This document shows positions 36,644-41,136 of a DNA stretch of 41,136 nt, piece after piece. The stretch lies in the sequence record SRR20825010_861; one strand, given 5' to 3'. Position numbers and translations under genes: made by a program. The notes beneath the pieces were generated by a model. That model did not search any database. It saw nothing but the letters and a program-made list of their open reading frames with translations, and was not told the DNA's origin. The stretch's first letter is position 1; the number at the start of each line of letters is the position of its first letter.

Positions 36644-37732
36644 ATGGAAAAACAAAGGAGAATATTTATTCAAAAAGCAGGATTGATTGCAGCAGCAAGC
36701 GCATTTACTCCTCAAATACTACTGTCTTCAACCAAGGCACAAAAGAAAAAATTAGGGGTAGCCCTTGTTGGATTGGGCTATTATAGTACCGATCTTCTTG
36801 CACCTGCCCTACAATTGACCAATAACTGCGAATTAAGGGGTATAGTCACCGGTAGTCCTGAAAAAATTCCGATCTGGCAGGAAAAATATGGGATTAAGGA
36901 CAAGAACGTTTACAATTACAAAAATTTTGATACCATTGCCAATAACCCGGATATAGATGTTGTATACGTGGTTCTGCCTCCTTCCATGCATGCAGAGTAT
37001 ACGATTAGGGCGGCCAAGGCGGGTAAGCATGTTTGGTGTGAAAAACCAATGGCACCCTCTGTAGCCGATTGTGAGGCAATGATCAAGGCCTGTAAAGATA
37101 ATAAGGTAAAACTGGCTATCGGGTACCGTTGTCAGCACGACCCAAATATTCAGGCTTATATGAAAGTGGGCAAGGAAAGACCTTTTGGGAAAGTACGGAT
37201 GGTGACTTCTGCCGCGGGATATTTTGACGGCCGGACCAACCATTGGAAGCAAAATAAAAAATTAGGGGGTGGTGCCATGGGTGATATGGGTGTTTATGCA
37301 TTACAAGGTGCCCGATTGGCTACCGGGGAAGAACCGATTTCGGTACTGGCGCAGGCCTCCACTACCCGACCTGAAATTTATCACGAAGTAGAGGAAACCA
37401 TGATGTTTCAACTGGAATTTCCCAGTGGTGCCCTAGCATCCTGCCAGACCAGTTTTGGTATAAATATGAACCATCTTCAGGTCAATTATGAAAAAGGTTG
37501 GTTGAAAATGGAACCACATAGCTCCTATAATGGCAATAATGGAAGTATGTCCGATGGAACGATCATTAAATTTTCCATCCCCAACCAGCAGGCCAAACAA
37601 ATGGATGAGGATGCCATGGCCATTATGGACAAAACCGACTTAATTGTCCCAGGGGAAGAAGGACTGAGGGATATTCGTGTTGTTGAGGCCATCTACAAAT
37701 CGGCCGCACAGAATTGTGTGGTCAAATTGTAG
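36644..37732 (+). CDS. Tat-exported Gfo/Idh/MocA oxidoreductase (glucose-fructose oxidoreductase-like)
   Basis: Twin-arginine signal QRRIFIQK, VGLGYY, GKHVWCEKPMA and GGGAMGDMGVY. Start placed at MEKQRR. Confidence 0.88.
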   Translation: MEKQRRIFIQKAGLIAAASAFTPQILLSSTKAQKKKLGVALVGLGYYSTDLLAPALQLTNNCELRGIVTGSPEKIPIWQEKYGIKDKNVYNYKNFDTIANNPDIDVVYVVLPPSMHAEYTIRAAKAGKHVWCEKPMAPSVADCEAMIKACKDNKVKLAIGYRCQHDPNIQAYMKVGKERPFGKVRMVTSAAGYFDGRTNHWKQNKKLGGGAMGDMGVYALQGARLATGEEPISVLAQASTTRPEIYHEVEETMMFQLEFPSGALASCQTSFGINMNHLQVNYEKGWLKMEPHSSYNGNNGSMSDGTIIKFSIPNQQAKQMDEDAMAIMDKTDLIVPGEEGLRDIRVVEAIYKSAAQNCVVKL

Positions 37733-37930
37733 TTTTTCTGAGGTTTCGGATCAATAAATTATCGGTAAACAGTTGTCTTTCTCGGTTTTATAGTTTTGTA
37801 GGATTTTACTTTCATAGATGATTTTGACCCTTTATCCGAATTGGGGTCAGGTCGTCGAAATTTTGTTCCATAGATGGATACGAAAATCCTTTTCCCTTGA
37901 TTATGGGGTTTTATATATAAACCCCATATT

Positions 37931-38020
37931 ATGAAGGAAAATACTACATTTAACGAATTTTTATTTTATCTCTATTGCGCCTTTTGCTTTGCTTGGGCCA
38001 TTTATGTGCTTACGTCTTAA
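37931..38020 (+). CDS. Candidate 29-aa single-TM small protein MKENTTFNEFLFYLYCAFCFAWAIYVLTS
   Basis: ATG...TAA in a 450-nt intergenic gap, with a polar N-terminus and an ~18-aa hydrophobic run. Upstream TAGTTTTG -7 box at 37791-37798. Confidence 0.45.
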   Translation: MKENTTFNEFLFYLYCAFCFAWAIYVLTS

Positions 38021-38181
38021 TATAGGTTGTACATATTTGGGGTTAAAACGTAGGGCATGGTTAAGTTGACCATATTGGTTTATGGTCATTATATAGGCAA
38101 GTAGAACTAATGCATTGTAAATCACAGTATACCTAGTAGCGGTGTATTATGCTTAATACATTAACGCACATGCAAAATAGG

Positions 38182-39009
38182 CTAATGCTGTATTTTAATA
38201 AATTCATTGGCAAATCTTTCACCCATGAGCCGCTGTGCTTCGGAATTAAAGTGCACCTTATCCCCTTTGTCCTTTAGGTCCTGCGTATTGATCATCCCTG
38301 AATATGGATCAGTAGATACATAGTATTTAATGTGGTCATTAATCTTTGACCACAATGGATTGGTTGAATAACTGCCCAATTGCCCTATTACAACTGTTGT
38401 CTCTTGGTTCCCAATTATCTTTCTGAATTGATAGAACAACTCCGATAATTTGATTTGGTACAATGGAGCCTCCTTGGTTTTGGCATCACTTTCACCCTGA
38501 TGCCAAAGAATTCCTTTTACTGTCCCAAAACGCATACCCAACTCCGCTTTTTGTTTGAAATTGGAGAATAGTTTAACCTCTCTATGGATAGAATCGTTTA
38601 ACCATTGTGAAATTGAGCTTCCCCCTACCGCAGTTGGAATTAATAGCACCGAAATACTGTCCGGAATATGTTTGATCAAGGCCTTACCGAACGAAAGTCC
38701 GCTGTCCAACCCGGCCATTGTTGGTTCATAAAAATGTAGGGGCTCCTTGGCGAAGATGATATTTCCCTGTTTGTTCAGGGTATAAACTCTATTGTTGGGA
38801 ACGGTATCCTGAGGTTCCACTAATCCTCTTCCGGCCATATTGGATTGTCCCGCGAGTATAAAAACCCATAGGTTCTCTTTATTTGGAATATTTTCTACCG
38901 CCAGTTCTACTTTCGGGAAAAATTGGGTCCTTTCGTTTGTGTCCTGTCCATAACTAAAGGATAGCATGGAAAATAAAACTATGGTAAGTTGAAATACTCT
39001 ATTGATCAT
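38182..39009 (-). CDS. Sialate O-acetylesterase / SASA-family (CE6-like) SGNH esterase, secreted
   Basis: Signal peptide ending SYG|Q, AGQSNMAGRG, WHQGESD and DKVHF (DxxH). Confidence 0.88.
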   Translation of the reverse strand: MINRVFQLTIVLFSMLSFSYGQDTNERTQFFPKVELAVENIPNKENLWVFILAGQSNMAGRGLVEPQDTVPNNRVYTLNKQGNIIFAKEPLHFYEPTMAGLDSGLSFGKALIKHIPDSISVLLIPTAVGGSSISQWLNDSIHREVKLFSNFKQKAELGMRFGTVKGILWHQGESDAKTKEAPLYQIKLSELFYQFRKIIGNQETTVVIGQLGSYSTNPLWSKINDHIKYYVSTDPYSGMINTQDLKDKGDKVHFNSEAQRLMGERFANEFIKIQH

Positions 39010-39054
39010 ACGGAAATTGTCTTTACATGGCCTCCCAAATATAAGTTGAAATTA

Positions 39055-39525
39055 TTATTTAACCGTAATAGAGGGTTTATGATTGATTTTGAAATTGCAG
39101 GAATTGGCGATGAAGCACATTTTATTGGCTTCCGAATGCAGCTGAATCGCCTTTTGAATCAAGTGGGCATCCGTTATTTTGATATTGGGGTTAAGTGTAA
39201 CTTCCTTAAATCTTCCACTGCCATTGGATGTTTCCTCCATTAGTCCAACAGCCTTATCGGTATATTCCGTAACTACTATTTTGTTTATTGCACATAAATG
39301 AAGATACCAAAGCATGTGACAGGCCGAGATGGAGGAAACCAGTAAATCTTCTGGATTATACCTTTTACCGTCCCCCGAGAAAGCGGCATCTGACGATCCC
39401 CTTATTGCATTATATTTTTCTGGACAGGAGATTTCATGGTTTCTATTGTAGGATTTGGGATCTAAAGTGCCTTTTCCTTCATTTCCCGTCCATTGCACCG
39501 TGGTATGGTATAGGTGGTTTTTCAT
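39055..39525 (-). CDS. OsmC/Ohr-family peroxiredoxin-like protein
   Basis: NPEDLL..SISACHMLWYL and the second Cys in MCFIANS. Start placed at MKNHLY. Confidence 0.88.
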   Translation of the reverse strand: MKNHLYHTTVQWTGNEGKGTLDPKSYNRNHEISCPEKYNAIRGSSDAAFSGDGKRYNPEDLLVSSISACHMLWYLHLCAINKIVVTEYTDKAVGLMEETSNGSGRFKEVTLNPNIKITDAHLIQKAIQLHSEANKMCFIANSCNFKINHKPSITVK

Positions 39526-39780
39526 ATTGAAGTGGTTTTGAAATAATATTGGTCGCTGCAATATATAGAATTATTAATGTGCTTGCTTATGGTTTATTTT
39601 TATTGGAAATGTGTTAAGCTTTTTGGAAGTATTTTTTAACCTCCTAATATTGAGTCTTAAAAAGCTGGATGTTAGTGTTAAAAAAGAGGGATATTTATAA
39701 GAATTCGAGCATTTCGTCCGTTATTTAAGTATATCATCCTATATTTAGGAAATATTACATCAAAAAAAAATGCACCCCAT

Positions 39781-41091
39781 ATGAAGAGAAGCAAAATCTT
39801 AATAGGAATTTCGCTTTTAATCCTTACAATCGTAACCCTTGTTTTAAATGCCTTTATGTCGGCCCCCGATCCAGGGTCCGAGGTAGCCGTTACAAGTATT
39901 GATCATGTAAAGGATGCATTGACCGCCAAGGAGGAGCTACTTTATAAAAGGCATCAAGAGGAGTTGGAAGTAGCCATTAATGCCTATTTTGATAAAGCGA
40001 TCTCGGCAGGGGATATTGTTGGAGCTGGAGTGAGTATTGTAAAGGACGATTCTATTATACTGTCGGATGGCTATGGCAAAAGAAATATTAACCGTGATGA
40101 CCATGTAGATGGCGGGACTATTTTTAGACTTGGGTCACTTTCCAAGGGATTTGCAGGGGTGTTGGCAGCTGAATTAAAGGATGAAGGCAAATTACATTGG
40201 GAGGATAAGGTAAGTGATTTTATACCGGAATTTAAATTTGGTGATAGCAACAATACCAGTAAAATTACCCTTGCCAATATTTTATCGCACACCGCTGGCA
40301 CACCTTATCATAGCTATACCAACCTTGTAGAGGCGGGCTTGCCATTACAGGATATTGCCCAGCGCTTTAAGGAAATTACACCGATAAGTGAGCCAGGATC
40401 CATGTATAGCTACCAGAATGCCATGTTTGCGCTATGTGGGGAAATGATATATAAAGCAACCGGACAGGATATAAGTGAGGTATTGACCAATACCTTTTTT
40501 AATCCTTTGGGCATGTGTTCAACCACCATGGATTATGAAACCTTGGCGCTTATGGAAAATGTGGCCATGCCACACTCCAAAAGAAGAAATGGCTGGAAAA
40601 CATTGCCACTTACAAATAATTATTACAATGCCATTGCAGCTGGGGGTATTAGTGCCAGCTCTGTTGATATGGCCAAATGGATGCGATTTTTACTGGGGCA
40701 CAACCCGGAATTAATGAGCAAATCTGCGCTGGCAGAAACTTTCTCCCCTTTTATAGAAATTAAAGGGGAAAGTAAGTATTACCAACATTGGCCTGGACAT
40801 AAAACATCTTACTATGGCTATGGTTGGAGAATACATAAATTCATGGAGAAGGACTCGGACCAAGAAAAAACTATTTGGCATCATGGGGGAAGTGTCAACA
40901 ACTATAGAAATGAAATAGCTATTTATCCGGAAGCCGATCTGGGAATCTGTGTACTATTGAGCAACAATAGTAAAATTGCCAAAACCGTGATACCGGATCT
41001 GTATGCAATAGTGAAGGAAATATATGGACAGACTACCCCTCATAACAAACTGAATACCGCCAATGATCTGGTCCAGTTGCATTGGGAATAA
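39781..41091 (+). CDS. Serine hydrolase, beta-lactamase class C / peptidase S12 family, exported
   Basis: N-terminal hydrophobic signal, SxxK (GSLSK), LSHTAG, YxN (YQN) and HGG. Confidence 0.9.
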   Translation: MKRSKILIGISLLILTIVTLVLNAFMSAPDPGSEVAVTSIDHVKDALTAKEELLYKRHQEELEVAINAYFDKAISAGDIVGAGVSIVKDDSIILSDGYGKRNINRDDHVDGGTIFRLGSLSKGFAGVLAAELKDEGKLHWEDKVSDFIPEFKFGDSNNTSKITLANILSHTAGTPYHSYTNLVEAGLPLQDIAQRFKEITPISEPGSMYSYQNAMFALCGEMIYKATGQDISEVLTNTFFNPLGMCSTTMDYETLALMENVAMPHSKRRNGWKTLPLTNNYYNAIAAGGISASSVDMAKWMRFLLGHNPELMSKSALAETFSPFIEIKGESKYYQHWPGHKTSYYGYGWRIHKFMEKDSDQEKTIWHHGGSVNNYRNEIAIYPEADLGICVLLSNNSKIAKTVIPDLYAIVKEIYGQTTPHNKLNTANDLVQLHWE

Positions 41092-41136
41092 GGAGTTCAA
41101 GGTTCTAGGTTTGTCCATTGTCCATGCCTATATAGC

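Noticed and set aside
39781-41091. Antibiotic-resistance beta-lactamase
   Set aside because: The motifs only place it in the broad serine hydrolase family; HGG rather than KTG, and no mobile context.
1-41136. CRISPR arrays, tRNA/rRNA, transposases, prophage or defence islands
   Set aside because: No periodic repeats, RNA-gene signatures, or recombinase/transposase motifs were seen by eye.

Overview
This is a 41-kb, AT-rich, gene-dense chromosomal window. It is inferred to come from a Bacteroidota/Flavobacteriaceae genome, based on TAnnTTTG -7 promoter boxes, no obvious Shine-Dalgarno sites, lipoproteins, Gln at +1 after signal peptides and a CzcA-TolC fusion. Contents in order: the 3' part of a heavy-metal RND pump fused to a TolC-like domain plus its adaptor; a four-gene 4-hydroxyproline catabolic operon (- strand); an M28 peptidase; leuC-leuD-cimA-leuB; an orphan DUF4493-like lipoprotein; an AraJ-like MFS; a FIST + PAS hybrid kinase pair; gapN; ilvD-ilvB-ilvN-ilvC-ilvA (- strand); a DUF2891-NRAMP-pxpABC 5-oxoproline operon; and a tail of accessory genes (degenerate DUF559-like protein, triple GldL-like membrane protein, Tat-exported Gfo/Idh/MocA oxidoreductase, SASA esterase, OsmC, serine hydrolase). 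No tRNA, rRNA, CRISPR array or transposase was seen. The best-supported hidden element is a complete Ile/Leu/Val leader-peptide attenuator upstream of ilvD, missed by the ORF track (MKINRSIIKLVIIVP, with pause, antiterminator and terminator pairings, probably on a leaderless transcript). Other candidates are a second Ile-rich uORF before leuC, a 29-aa membrane peptide behind a structured leader, and an internal signal peptide that may split the RND-TolC fusion. Family assignments come from motif recognition by eye; no searches were run.
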